A DNA stretch of 63,273 nt, filler included, from Octopus bimaculoides (taxonomy: Eukaryota), in the NCBI RefSeq assembly GCF_001194135.2. It is 5 parts of 5 records of this genome, joined end to end, with 100 filler letters (N's around TTAATTAATTAA, not from the genome) between each part and the next. Parts side by side here need not be neighbours in the genome. Positions count along the whole stretch, not along the records: positions 33,778 to 63,273 come from NC_068993.1; 4 more parts are not named here. The stretch is one strand, 5' to 3'. Made by a program: the position numbers and the translations under genes. A model generated the notes under the pieces. The model had not been told where the DNA came from, ran no database searches, and was given only the letters and a program-made list of their open reading frames with translations. Of the stretch, positions 35,860 to 48,810 are shown piece after piece; the first letter of the stretch is position 1; each line of letters starts with the position of its first letter.

Positions 35860-36400
35860 TGCCTGGTTACAGAACTCCGAGAGCAAAGATTGGAAACACA
35901 GAAGGTGATATATTTGAGAAGAAGAGCGAAGCCTGGGTGGTATGCGACAGTTTGAGATATGAATAGAACTCGGACCTTCGTAAAGACCTGAAGGTCCGTC
36001 TCTTCGTTGTTAAGGTGGAGTCTGTGCTTTTATACGGGTCTGAGACTTGGACACTGACCAAGACACTCACTCAGATAGAGGATGGGTTCTACAGGAGAAT
36101 GGTGAGGATGGCTCTAATCATTAATCCATTAATCAGTATACACTAAGGGTGAAAATCACAGACCTGTACGAGGGCGACTCAAACGTTAGCTCGAAAATAA
36201 CATAGAGGAGACTGAGGTTTGCTGACATACTCACCGTAATTCAGAGTTGATAGTGCACCCAGTGATCCGGTGGGAGCCCCTATATGGACACACTAGAAGA
36301 GGATGACATATGTTGATGCTCTCAGGACAGACACTGGTCTCAGGGAGACACACACGGCATCGGAGTAATGATGCCGTGTAATGATGCATCGGAGTAATGA
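35860..36400 (+). mobile_element. RTE-clade LINE C-terminal fragment
   Basis: KDLKVRLFVVKVESVLLYGSETWTLTKTLTQ…GFYRRMVRMAL…RRLRFA…WEPLYGHTRRG…TYVDALRTDTGL. Confidence 0.88.
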
Positions 36401-37279
36401 GAGACAATGGCCTCTGGAGAGAACTCGTCCATAGATCTTGAGATTTTTACCCGCCTTATATATATATATGAATATATATATATATATATANNNNNNNNNN
36501 NNNNNNNNNNNNNNNNNNNNNNNNNNNNNNNNNNNNNNNNNNNNNNNNNNNNNNNNNNNNNNNNNNNNNNNNNNNNNNNNNNNNNNNNNNNNNNNNNNNN
36601 NNNNNNNNNNNNNNNNNNNNNNNNNNNNNNNNNNNNNNNNNNNNNNNNNNNNNNNNNNNNNNNNNNNNNNNNNNNNNNNNNNNNNNNNNNNNNNNNNNNN
36701 NNNNNNNNNNNNNNNNNNNNNNNNNNNNNNNNNNNNNNNNNNNNNNNNNNNNNNNGTGTGTGTGTGTGTGTGTGTGCGTGTGTGTGTATTAATGCATGCG
36801 TTTCACTTCACAGCATGAAACAACATGAAATAAAGTATCTTGCACAATAATACAACAAAGAGCCGGATCCAGGAATCGAACTCACTACCTCATGATTATG
36901 AGACCGACACTCTAACCACTCAACCATTATATATATATATCTGTGTGTATGAATGTATGTATGTGTGAGAGAGAATGTGTGTGTGTGTGTTTGTGTGTGT
37001 GTGTATGTGTGTGTGTGTGTGTGTGTGTGTTTGCATATACGTATGCATATATGTAAGCATGTATGTTTGACAATTTCAATAGTGTGTATTCAACTGCGGG
37101 GGCGCACCAGGACACCAATAAGAAAGCCAGCAGGCACGTCATAGCATGGAGTGTAATCACATCAGCATGGCTTCAAATCGCGTTAAACCTCCTACAAAAT
37201 ACATTCAACCATAATACAACCCACGCCCGCGCGCGCACTCAAACATACTTATAAATAGATATGACAAAACATATAAGCA

Positions 37280-37349
37280 AACGCGGGCTACTAACTATAA
37301 AATTCCGAGTTTGATTCCAGGCAGTGACCTGAATAATAATAATAATAAC

Positions 37350-37393
<44 letters not shown>

Positions 37394-37540
37394 TAATAAT
37401 ATTAATAACATCGAAGAATGCCTGAGGAATGAGAATCCAGGTTCGAAATTTCCCCAAGACACCTGATGAAGGGTGGAGTGTATATCAGCCGAAACAAATA
37501 TACGTCAATTGTAAATAATATAAATAATGTATAAATATTG
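37280..37540 (+). mobile_element. tRNA-headed repeat with internal (AAT)n and a damaged hammerhead-like core
   Basis: B-box-like gagtttgattcc ~37307-37318, (AAT)n 37332-37405, then CTGATGA 37463-37469 + A + GGGTG/CAGCC stem (1 mismatch) + GAAAC 37491-37495. Confidence 0.5.
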
Positions 37541-37686
37541 CTATATATGTAATATGTGTGTGTTGGCCGGTTTAAAAATGGTAGTTTGTGGTCGGTATGT
37601 CACATATTTCTCTCCATAAATCTCTTCTGCACGCAAACCCATGTCTCCTTTGCAGTTATTTTTCTAACATACGCACTGAAACGGCA

Positions 37687-37744
<58 letters not shown>

Positions 37745-37791
37745 NNNNNNNNNNNNNNNNNNNNNNNNNNNNNNNNNNNNNNNNNNNNNNN

Positions 37792-37836
<45 letters not shown>

Positions 37837-38416
37837 ATAAGAATTTATCAAATAGTTAGCGTGAAAAAACCTCATAAGGAAAAAAAAAACATCATTTTTT
37901 TCCCATAAATATAGATAAATTCGTATAAAGTCTTTATCCTAATATTATATTATGAATAATTAGAATATATTCAGTGCTGAATATTATTCCGTAAAAGCAC
38001 ATGCACCGAAGTGTAACTTAAAAAGCCCGCCTCTTTCATGGATATATAAGGATGAACAATCGTCTATGTACTGTGTTGAATACATCAGGGTATGTTGATT
38101 TTTGTTTATTTTTATGTGTCTTGACCATACGTGTACTGATGAACAAAAGATGCAGTTTACTGCATAGTTTGAAGCATTAATCATGAAATTGGTTTACCGT
38201 TAAGTTAAAAGTTTTTAGGAGGTTACCTTTCAAAGTAGCATTCCCTCGCGATCGGTAAGAATGTGCTTATTTTGGTAGAATGTGCTTATGGAGTCCCTGT
38301 AAGCGTGAGGCATTATTGTATAGTAATGCCCTTATATATATTAAATTATATATATATTGATAGAAAGGACAACAAAAGAAAGAAAGTGACCTCGATATTA
38401 TGTAAATAGAGGAATT

Positions 38417-38511
38417 TATCTGTAAAAATATGTGACACTTATTCGGTAGCCATGATAAAACTCGGAGTTTTATCATGGCTACCGAATAAGTGTCACATAT
38501 TTTTACAGATA
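38417..38511. repeat. Perfect 47-bp-arm palindrome with a 1-nt spacer ending exactly at an N gap
   Basis: 38417-38463 is the exact reverse complement of 38465-38511. Ns start at 38512. Confidence 0.9.
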
Positions 38512-38858
38512 NNNNNNNNNNNNNNNNNNNNNNNNNNNNNNNNNNNNNNNNNNNNNNNNNNNNNNNNNNNNNNNNNNNNNNNNNNNNNNNNNNNNNNNNN
38601 NNNNNNNNNNNNNNNNNNNNNNNNNNNNNNNNNNNNNNNNNNNNNNNNNNNNNNNNNNNNNNNNNNNNNNTATATATGTATATATGTATGTATGTATGTA
38701 TACATGTATATATGCATATATATATGCATGTGTGTACTAGGGCATATACACATAAATGTATAAGTAAAAATAGAGATAAATATATTGATGGATCGATAGA
38801 TAGATAGATAGATAGATAGATGAAAATATATACATACATACGAACACACACACACTTA

Positions 38859-38892
<34 letters not shown>

Positions 38893-41091
38893 CGCTCCTA
38901 TGTCGTTATGTGTATATATACAGCCAAATAAATACATACATACCTACAAACATACATACATACAAACATACTACGCAAGCAATAATAATGTAGAAGGTAT
39001 AGTTACGTACGGTCTAGTTGTTTGGAATAACTTTGAAATCCTGCTGTATTTAATGTCAGTTTTGACACCCAGTGTAGGAACTCGACTCAGGTTCGTATAA
39101 CTTTCTTTATTACTCAAGTAAGCAAGACACCAATGTGAAACCATAGATTTAGTCATTAGTTCTTATTTTATTTCACCATCGTATACATCAAGGAAATTTC
39201 AGTTATTTTCAAACACACCCATATACAGTCACATATATATTTAATATACATTTGGATACGTATATGTTTAAACGTATACGTGTAAATATATATGCACGTA
39301 AATGTATATATATATATATTTATATATTTATATATACACACACACAGATGTGGGTGGCATTTGTACATTATTACCGGATTACTCTTTCTATTTACCACTT
39401 CGTGTATATATATGTGTGTGTGTGTGTGTTCTTGTATGTCTGTGAATGTTTTTGTGTGTGCATGCATCTGTGCGTGCACATGTACATATATGTGTCTGTG
39501 TGTACGGTGTACGCAGAAAGCAATTTTAAGAGAAGGGGCCAAGAGTATTACACCGACCCAAATCAATGTATGATAATTTATTCTATCGACTTCGATTTGA
39601 TGAAAATCAAAGTTGACCTCGGCGAGTTTTGAGATCAGAACATTTTGTTCGAAGTGCCAAAAAATCCGGTAGCTTGTCCCTACTGTATATACGCACAGAT
39701 ATAAACAAATTAATAAGAAACCTTTCTTCCAGTTTTTACGTTTTGAGTTCAAATCCTACAGACTTGAATCTTTCCCCTATAAATTGTTTAAAATAAAGAA
39801 GCAGTTAAGTGCCTCGGTCGATGTAATCGAGTTGCTCCTAGACTGAAAAGAGATTTGCCGTCGGCAAAAACCCCTCTCCTCACCACGAACGACATGTACA
39901 CGCTTTCCACCTTGATGATACCTATCGACTTAGACAGCTTATCAATGATGGCGTTGCGACACTGCAAGACGAAGCAGTGATATTGTATGACGTATGAAAA
40001 TGTGCCTGTTGGCCGAGACTAACGCTTCTGTGACTGACCCTTCTAATTATTTCAAGACATCGAACATAAAAGACGAGTCTGCATTGAAGTAGCTGAAAAT
40101 ATGTGCAGCAGTATGCGTAGTGTGTTGAGCAACAAGCAAGGAGTACTTTTACATTTTCCGCGTAAGATTTGATTCAGACGTGTAAATGCCCTCCATGGAT
40201 CTCAAGTAAGTAATGGAAAATAAGAAACTAATAATTTGCTGCAAGTTGCGTAGAATTACGTTTGAGCGTCATCAATTTAAGGCTGGCTAAATTTGTTTAC
40301 ACAAATGCCTTTTATGAGCACTCTGTGTGTGTTTGTGTGCATGTATGTGAGTGTGTATGTGAATGTGCGTGTGAGAGTGAGAGTGTCTGCGTGTACGCGC
40401 ATATGAATTTCTTAAGAGATTGCNNNNNNNNNNNNNNNNNNNNNNNNNNNNNNNNNNNNNNNNNNNNNNNNNNNNNNNNNNNNNNNNNNNNNNNNNNNNN
40501 NNNNNNNNNNNNNNNNNNNNNNNNNNNNNNNNNNNNNNNNNNNNNNNNNNNNNNNNNNNNNNNNNNNNNNNNNNNNNNNNNNNNNNNNNNNNNNNNNNNN
40601 NNNNNNNNNNNNNNNNNNNNNNNNNNNNNNNNNNNNNNNATATATATATATATATATATACGGGTCTGTGTGTCTGTATTTGTATGTATGAGTGTATGTT
40701 ATATAAATACACATGTACATACATCCTCGTAAACACTTCAATAATATGTACATGCTTATATTGTGATTTAATGTTGTTCCTTTGATATTAATAATTTATT
40801 TTTCAGCTTTGCCTTTTCAAGCTTACATGTCTTGATTTCCTCTAATTACTTGCATGCACACATACACCATACATGTAAATGCATTCGTAATATAAACACA
40901 TATATATACATTAATATACACAAGCTCACACAGACATACATATACAAATATATGCGTGCATTAAGTATGTATACGTGCATGTAAATATACACGTTTTTAA
41001 ACACCGTCACACATATATAAGTATGCATGTATTATGTATGTATGAATAAATTGTATGTAAATACATATGTATATCTGTATATATGCATGTA

Positions 41092-41158
<67 letters not shown>

Positions 41159-42700
41159 NNNNNNNNNNNNNNNNNNNNNNNNNNNNNNNNNNNNNNNNNN
41201 NNNNNNNNNNNNNNNNNNNNNNNNNNNNNNNNNNNNNNNNNNNNNNNNNNNNNNNNNNNNNNNNNNNNNNNNNNNNNNNNNNNNNNNNNNNNNNNNNNNN
41301 NNNNNNNNNNNNNNNNNNNNNNNNNNNNNNNNNNNNNNNNNNNNNNNNNNNNNNNNNNNNNNNNNNNNNNNNNNNNNNNNNNNNNNNNNNNNNNNNNNNN
41401 NNNNNNNNNNNNNNNNNNNNNNNNNNNNNNNNNNNNNNNNNNNNNNNNNNNNNNNNNNNNNNNNNNNNNNNNNNNNNNNNNNNNNNNNNNNNNNNNNNNN
41501 NNNNNNNNNNNNNNNNNNNNNNNNNNNNNNNNNNNNNNNNNNNNNNNNNNNNNNNNNNNNNNNNNNNNNNNNNNNNNNNNNNNNNNNNNNNNNNNNNNNN
41601 NNNNNNNNNNNNNNNNNNNNNNNNNNNNNNNNNNNNNNNNNNNNNNNNNNNNNNNNNNNNNNNNNNNNNNNNNNNNNNNNNNNNNNNNNNNNNNNNNNNN
41701 NNNNNNNNNNNNNNNNNNNNNNNNNNNNNNNNNNNNNNNNNNNNNNNNNNNNNNNNNNNNNNNNNNNNNNNNNNNNNNNNNNNNNNNNNNNNNNNNNNNN
41801 NNNNNNNNNNNNNNNNNNNNNNNNNNNNNNNNNNNNNNNNNNNNNNNNNNNNNNNNNNNNNNNNNNNNNNNNNNNNNNNNNNNNNNNNNNNNNNNNNNNN
41901 NNNNNNNNNNNNNNNNNNNNNNNNNNNNNNNNNNNCCCAATACCCTATTTCCACTAATAATAATACAATTGATGATGATGATGATGATGATGATATGAAG
42001 AAGAAGAAGAAGAAGAAGAAGAAGAAGAAGAAGAAGAAGAAGAAGAAGAAGAAGAAGAAGAAGAAGAAAACTAATAATAATAATAATAATAGTGTTTTCC
42101 TTATTATCCGTTCAGTCTCTATGTATCTAATACAAAACACATTATGGGGAATAGTTACAAAATATGTGGAGATTTTACACATAAACTATCACAAAGGTAG
42201 TGGACCCAAATAGAAAGAGAAGTTAAATATTTTGCGAAGAAATATGTTGTTCCTCCATTCTTCAATGAAGAATCAGGCCATCTTTCTCTCCCTTCCAATC
42301 ATGTCCTCCTTCCAACTGCAAACCGGATCTTAGGAATTTTTGCGTTGGTCGCGAATAAGAGCAGTCACCAATCCATGCAATTGGTGATTCTGCGGATGAG
42401 AGGGTTCGTTTCTTATTCACTTTAGCAGACTTCGCATATGTCATGAATATTGATGAGGATATCATGGGAAGCAGGCGCCATAGTCTTGAGCTTCGGTGCT
42501 TGCCTATGCCGTTGCTATCTCTTATTAAAGATTCTATCGACCTTCACATTTATATTGTCTCTTCTGGGAGGGTAGCGAGAGAGAGAGAGAAAGAGAATGA
42601 GAGAAGAAATTATTGAGAAAAGGAATGGTGAAAAAATGAGTGAAAGAGAACAGACATGAAAAAGTAATAGAGAATACTTACTGATTGGTTATAAGTATAT

Positions 42701-43331
42701 AGGCGGTGGAGTGGCTATGTGGTTACCAACCATATGGTTCCGGGTTCAGTTCCACTGCGTGGCACCTTGAGCAGGTGTCTTCCACTATAACTTCGGGCCA
42801 ACCAAAGCCTTGTGAGTGGATTTGGTAGACGGAAACTAAAAAGAGCCCATCGTATATATATATATATNNNNNNNNNNNNNNNNNNNNNNNNNNNNNNNNN
42901 NNNNNNNNNNNNNNNNNNNNNNNNNNNNNNNNNNNNNNNNNNNNNNNNNNNNNNNNNNNNNNNNNNNNNNNNNNNNNNNNNNNNNNNNNNNNNNNNNNNN
43001 NNNNNNNNNNNNNNNNNNNNNNNNNNNNNNNNNNNNNNNNNNNNNNNNNNNNNNNNNNNNNNNNNNNNNNNNNNNNNNNNNNNNNNNNNNNNNNNNNNNN
43101 NNNNNNNNNNNNNNNNNNNNNNNNNNNNNNNNNNNNNNNNNNNNNNNNNNNNNNNNNNNNNNNNNNNNNNNNNNNNNNNNNNNNNNNNNNNNNNNNNNNN
43201 NNNNNNNNNNNNNNNNNNNNNNNNNNNNNNNNNNNNNNNNNNNNNNNNNNNNNNNNNNNNNNNNNNACTAAAGGCGGTGCTTCCTCATGGCCGCAGTCAA
43301 GTAACAGAAACAAATAAACGAGTAAAAGAGT
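42701..43331 (+). mobile_element. tRNA-derived CORE-like SINE with gap in internal microsatellite
   Basis: Head aggcggtggagtggctatgtgg…ccgggttcagttccactgcgtggcaccttgagcaggtgtcttcc… and tail ctaaaggcggtgcttcctcatggccgcagtcaag…gagtaaaagagt. Confidence 0.8.
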
Positions 43332-44120
43332 ACATATTTGTGTATGTCTGCGAATGTGCGCGCGCGAGTCCGTGTGTGTGTGTATGAGTGTGTGTGTGTG
43401 TGTGTGTGTGTGCGAGTATGCACGCGTGTATGTGTATGTGTGTTTTGTGTGTGCGTTCGTGTGTGTCTGTGTTTGCGTGGGAGTGCCTGCGCGCGTGTAT
43501 ATTTCGAGGGTGCTATGCAAGCCTTGGTAGGTTCAAATGAGTTCAAATTTTCTTCATCCTTTGCTACTGTCTCTCGCTCAACCGCACCCCCTTTTTTGTT
43601 TGTCTTTTTAACACAGAAATACATACATACATATATACATACATACATACATACATACCAGAACTACGACAACTTACACTACCTTCGGCACTAACAACAC
43701 CATCACAACCAACAACAACAACAACAACAGCTTCATTTTTTATTTTTTTTTATCAACATCAGTTTTTGAGCATTAGCCCTTTACCGATATGAAAGTTTTA
43801 AATTAAAAACAGCAAATTTTAAATGAAATATTTTTGTTTTTCTTTATTTGTTGTTCAGCTCCAGGATAACGCTTATCCAGCAGACGTATCATCAGAATCG
43901 TTTACCCGTTTGATCAAAGCATCTTTCTCTTTTCTCCTAATTGATATGAAAAAAAAAAACAAAAAAAGCATACAGAGGCAAAGGTTAAGAAGTACTCGGT
44001 TTCATTTCGAATTTGGTCAAAACTCTCAGACAACTTGAGTGATTGTCTTTACTGTATCTTCAGACTGACCAATATCTTCAGGGATGAACTCATTAAACGA
44101 GATATGAATAGGATCTCAAG

Positions 44121-44165
<45 letters not shown>

Positions 44166-44390
44166 TGTGTGTGTGTATACATATACATATATATACATGT
44201 ATATATTATATGTATATATATACATAAATATATNNNNNNNNNNNNNNNNNNNNNNNNNNNNNNNNNNNNNNNNNNNNNNNNNNNNNNNNNNNNNNNNNNN
44301 NNNNNNNNNNNNNNNNNNNNNNNNNNNNNNNNNNNNNNNNNNNNNNNNNNNNNNNNNNNNNNNNNNNNNNNNNNNNNNNNNNNNNNNNNN

Positions 44391-44452
<62 letters not shown>

Positions 44453-45292
44453 ATGTGTAAAATAACGAAGGCGGCTATAAGCAACTTAAATGCAAAAAAG
44501 AAGAAATTCAATTGTCACTAATTATGATGACGGAGCTGGGTAGCACCTACATTGCTAGAAATAAGAGGTAAAAACCATCTTGGCCGTAAAGAAGCACAAG
44601 TAGTACACACTGACAGGGGAGCTAAACGAGCAACATAATCATGCAAGAATTCTAGTTTCACTTGCATTCAAAGCTCTTCAGCGACATCCATTTCGTCGGT
44701 GAATGGTTTGGCCAAGTCGACTCTCAGCATATACTATTTACCATATGAAACAATGGATGATTCAGCAAAATGTTAATGTGAAAGTTATAAAATAACGAAG
44801 TCGGCTATAAGGCTATAAGGAGGAATTAAGTTGTTACCAATTGTAACTGTCAGTGCAGGGTGGCACCTATATTGCTAGAAATACGAGGTAAAACCCCTAT
44901 TAACAGCATCGAAACACAAGACTATGTACTGACATGCATATATGATATATATATATACATATATAGCATCCGATACGTGTGTTTCTCCGTGTGTCTGCAT
45001 GTTCAACGTTTCTTTTCGTTATATTTTGCCAGTTTGAAAAAAAGAATTACAAATCACTCTTTTCCTGTTTATATGCATTTGTGTGTGTGTTTGTGTGTGT
45101 GTATTGTGTGTTTGTGTGTGCTGTGTATATAAAAGTATGCTGGTATGTATGGACTTGTACGTGTAATATATGCCATCTTCCAGGGCTTCTCTCTTTGTTT
45201 CTCTTATACTCAATATTCTCCAGCAGCTTTTCAAGCTATCCAGAATTTGTCTACTATCACACTCTTTCTCATTCCGGTGCTTTCCTTTTATA

Positions 45293-45405
<113 letters not shown>

Positions 45406-46024
45406 NNNNNNNNNNNNNNNNNNNNNNNNNNNNNNNNNNNNNNNNNNNNNNNNNNNNNNNNNNNNNNNNNNNNNNNNNNNNNNNNNNNNNNNNNNNNNNN
45501 NNNNNNNNNNNNNNNNNNNTATATATATCTGTATATCTGTTTCTTTCTTTCTTTCGTTCCATCCATTCATCTATCTATTTATCTATCTATCCATCCATCC
45601 ATATATATATGTGTGTGTGTATGTATATATGTATGTACGTATGTATGTATGTATGCACACACGAATGTATGTATGGATGTATGTTTGTATCCATGCATGT
45701 ATGCGTGCGTGTATATACGCTGCAGAATCCAGGAAACAGAACTTTTGAGCCAATGGCTCGGTAAGTAACATTCATCCTTTTCCATGTGTGTTTGCATGTG
45801 TGTGTGGGGGGGGATGTGTTTATGTGTCTGTGTATGTCTATGTGTCTCCTACAGGTCAAATTTCTCCTTCCGTTATTTTTCAGATTCATATTCTCTGATG
45901 TGTTGCAACATTATTTTCTCTCTCACCATACTGTATCTTTTCTATTAACGTCTCCCCTTATATTTTAACTATTGTCTGTCTGTCTTTCTCTCACCTTCCC
46001 CCTCTCCCCTTCCATCTCTCTCCT

Positions 46025-46055
<31 letters not shown>

Positions 46056-48289
46056 TTGTCACTGTGTCTCCCTCTCTCTCTCCCTCTCTCTCAGTTGTTC
46101 TTACGTACTCGATATTCTTTCTAATCTATCTTTCATTCAATAATCACCCGCTGTCTCCTCATCTTCGGGCAAATTGCACCAATTTGCATTTTCTCAATTC
46201 TGGAGGAGAAAGATCAATAATGATATATTAATTGTTATTAATCTTTGTTTCAATATCAGCTTTCTCTTTTCCACGCACCAAATTTCTCTCGCTCTCAATG
46301 CCTCTTTCACTCCCACTTTCTCTCTTTCATTCTCTCTCTCTTTATCTATTTATATGTATATATATTCCTNNNNNNNNNNNNNNNNNNNNNNNNNNNNNNN
46401 NNNNNNNNNNNNNNNNNNNNNNNNNNNNNNNNNNNNNNNNNNNNNNNNNNNNNNNNNNNNNNNNNNNNNNNNNNNNNNNNNNNNNNNNNNNNNNNNNNNN
46501 NNNNNNNNNNNNNNNNNNNNNNNNNNNNNNNNNNNNNNNNNNNNNNNNNNNNNNNNNNNNNNNNNNNNNNNNNNNNNNNNNNNNNNNNNNNNNNNNNNNN
46601 NNNNNNNNNNNNNNATATATATATATATATATATACATACATACATACATATATATTGTGAGTTTGATGGCGTGATGAGAAGAATTTAGGAGACAGAAAT
46701 GTGCTTACATTTCTTTTTTTTTTGCATTATATATTCTGGATTCATGATCACGAATAAATGGGCCGTCTAAAACACACATGCAATCATATACAACTACACA
46801 CAAGCTCACACACACATATATCTCTATCTACATACATATACACACACATGTATGTAATATATTATATATAAATGTGTATGTGTATGTGTGTGTACGTATC
46901 ACTTGATCGATCCTCCCTTCTTATGACGAAGAGATTTTCGCTGTTCGTTAAACTGAAAGTGAAACTATAAACGCAAGGGAAACTATAAACATGTGTTCCA
47001 CAACATAATTTGCAAGCTCAGTCAGCATGAATCAAATTTTGACGGGATAGGATCTTTAAATTCTAAATTCATGTACGTATGCATATTTCAAATAGGGTGT
47101 AATAATTTGCACTCCAGTAAACCAAATTTACTTGGGTCGTTTCATTTCAGTGGTAAGAAATACATAGATTGTGTAATATACATAGATTGTGTAATTAATT
47201 TCTGCAATTTGTAAAAAGTAACTATTGTTTAGCCAAAAGCACTGCAATAGAGACTTGAAACATTTTACCGATTACGAAAGCAATTCATACAGACTAATTA
47301 TTTAAATTATACATTAGTACAGGACTTCGGGAAAAAGATTGATTTTACAGAAAAAAATTAAAAGTTTGAAATTTTTACTAAAGTTATGCATCTACGAATC
47401 TATTAAAGTAATGTATACATGGTATTGAGATTCTATTAGTTCTGCTAATGAACGCAAGCGGGATCAAATACTGCTTCTAGTATGTAGGCATATATATGTT
47501 TGTGTGTATGTATATGTGTGTATATGTATGTGTGTGTGTGTGCGTGCGTGTGTGTGTGTGTGTGTGTGNNNNNNNNNNNNNNNNNNNNNNNNNNNNNNNN
47601 NNNNNNNNNNNNNNNNNNNNNNNNNNNNNNNNNNNNNNNNNNNNNNNNNNNNNNNNNNNNNNNNNNNNNNNNNNNNNNNNNNNNNNNNNNNNNNNNNNNN
47701 NNNNNNNNNNNNNNNNNNNNNNNNNNNNNNNNNNNNNNNNNNNNNNNNNNNNNNNNNNNNNNNNNNNNNNNNNNNNNNNNNNNNNNNNNNNNNNNNNNNN
47801 NNNNNNNNNNNNNNNNNNNNNNNNNNNNNNNNNNNNNNNNNNNNNNNNNNNNNNNNNNNNNNNNNNNNNNNNNNNNNNNNNNNNNNNNNNNNNNNNNNNN
47901 NNNNNNNNNNNNNNNNNNNNNNNNNNNNNNNNNNNNNNNNNNNNNNNNNNNNNNNNNNNNNNNNNNNNNNNNNNNNNNNNNNNNNNNNNNNNNNNNNNNN
48001 NNNNNNNNNNNNNNNNNNNNNNNNNNNNNNNNNNNNNNNNNNNNNNNNNNNNNNNNNNNNNNNNNNNNNNNNNNNNNNNNNNNNNNNNNNNNNNNNNNNN
48101 NNNNNNNNNNNNNNNNNNNNNNNNNNNNNNNNNNNNNNNNNNNNNNNNNNNNNNNNNNNNNNNNNNNNNNNNNNNNNNNNNNNNNNNNNNNNNNNNNNNN
48201 NNNNNNNNNNNNNNNNNNNNNNNNNNNNNNNNNNNNNNNNNNNNNNNNNNNNNNNNNNNNNNNNNNNNNNNNNNNNNNNNNNCATGGTT

Positions 48290-48574
48290 TACTCTTTACT
48301 CTTTTACTCTTTTATTTGTTTCAGTCATTTGACTGCGGCCATGCTGGAGCACCGCCTTTAGTTGAGCAAATCGACCCCGGGACTTATTCTTTGTAAGCCT
48401 AGTACTTATTCTATCGGTCTCTTTTGCCGAACCGCTAAGTGACGGGGACATAAACACACCAGCATCGGTTGTCAAGTAATGCTAGGGGCACAAGCCCAAG
48501 ATGCCACGCAGTGGGACTGAACCCGGAACTATGTGGTTGGTAAGCAAGCTACTTACCACACAGCCACTCCTGCG
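48290..48574 (-). mobile_element. Same SINE family, internally deleted (no microsatellite)
   Basis: Tail and head are contiguous, joined at …gctaggggcacaagcccaagatgccacgcagtgggactgaacccgg…. Confidence 0.8.
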
Positions 48575-48764
48575 GAGATTATTTTCATTAATATTGGATG
48601 CTTTTCATCATAGATGACCTTATTAGGCTTACGCAACGCTTTGATATTTTCGTATTTATTTGCATGTGTGTGTGCGTATGTATGTGTGTGTGCGTATGTA
48701 TGTGTGTGTTGTGTATGTGAAAGTGTGTGTGTACGTGTAAATGTGTGTAGGCACGTGTGTCTCT

Positions 48765-48810
<46 letters not shown>

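Noticed and set aside
39860-40010. Minus-strand NAIIDKLSKSIGII resembling a CR1/L2 RT motif
   Set aside because: Single short motif with no supporting flanking similarity.
43990-44085. Minus-strand CTGAAGA…GAAA hammerhead candidate; also CTGATGA hits near 14815, 27216, 60160 and 60245
   Set aside because: No stem II closing directly onto GAAA and no stem I/III partners.
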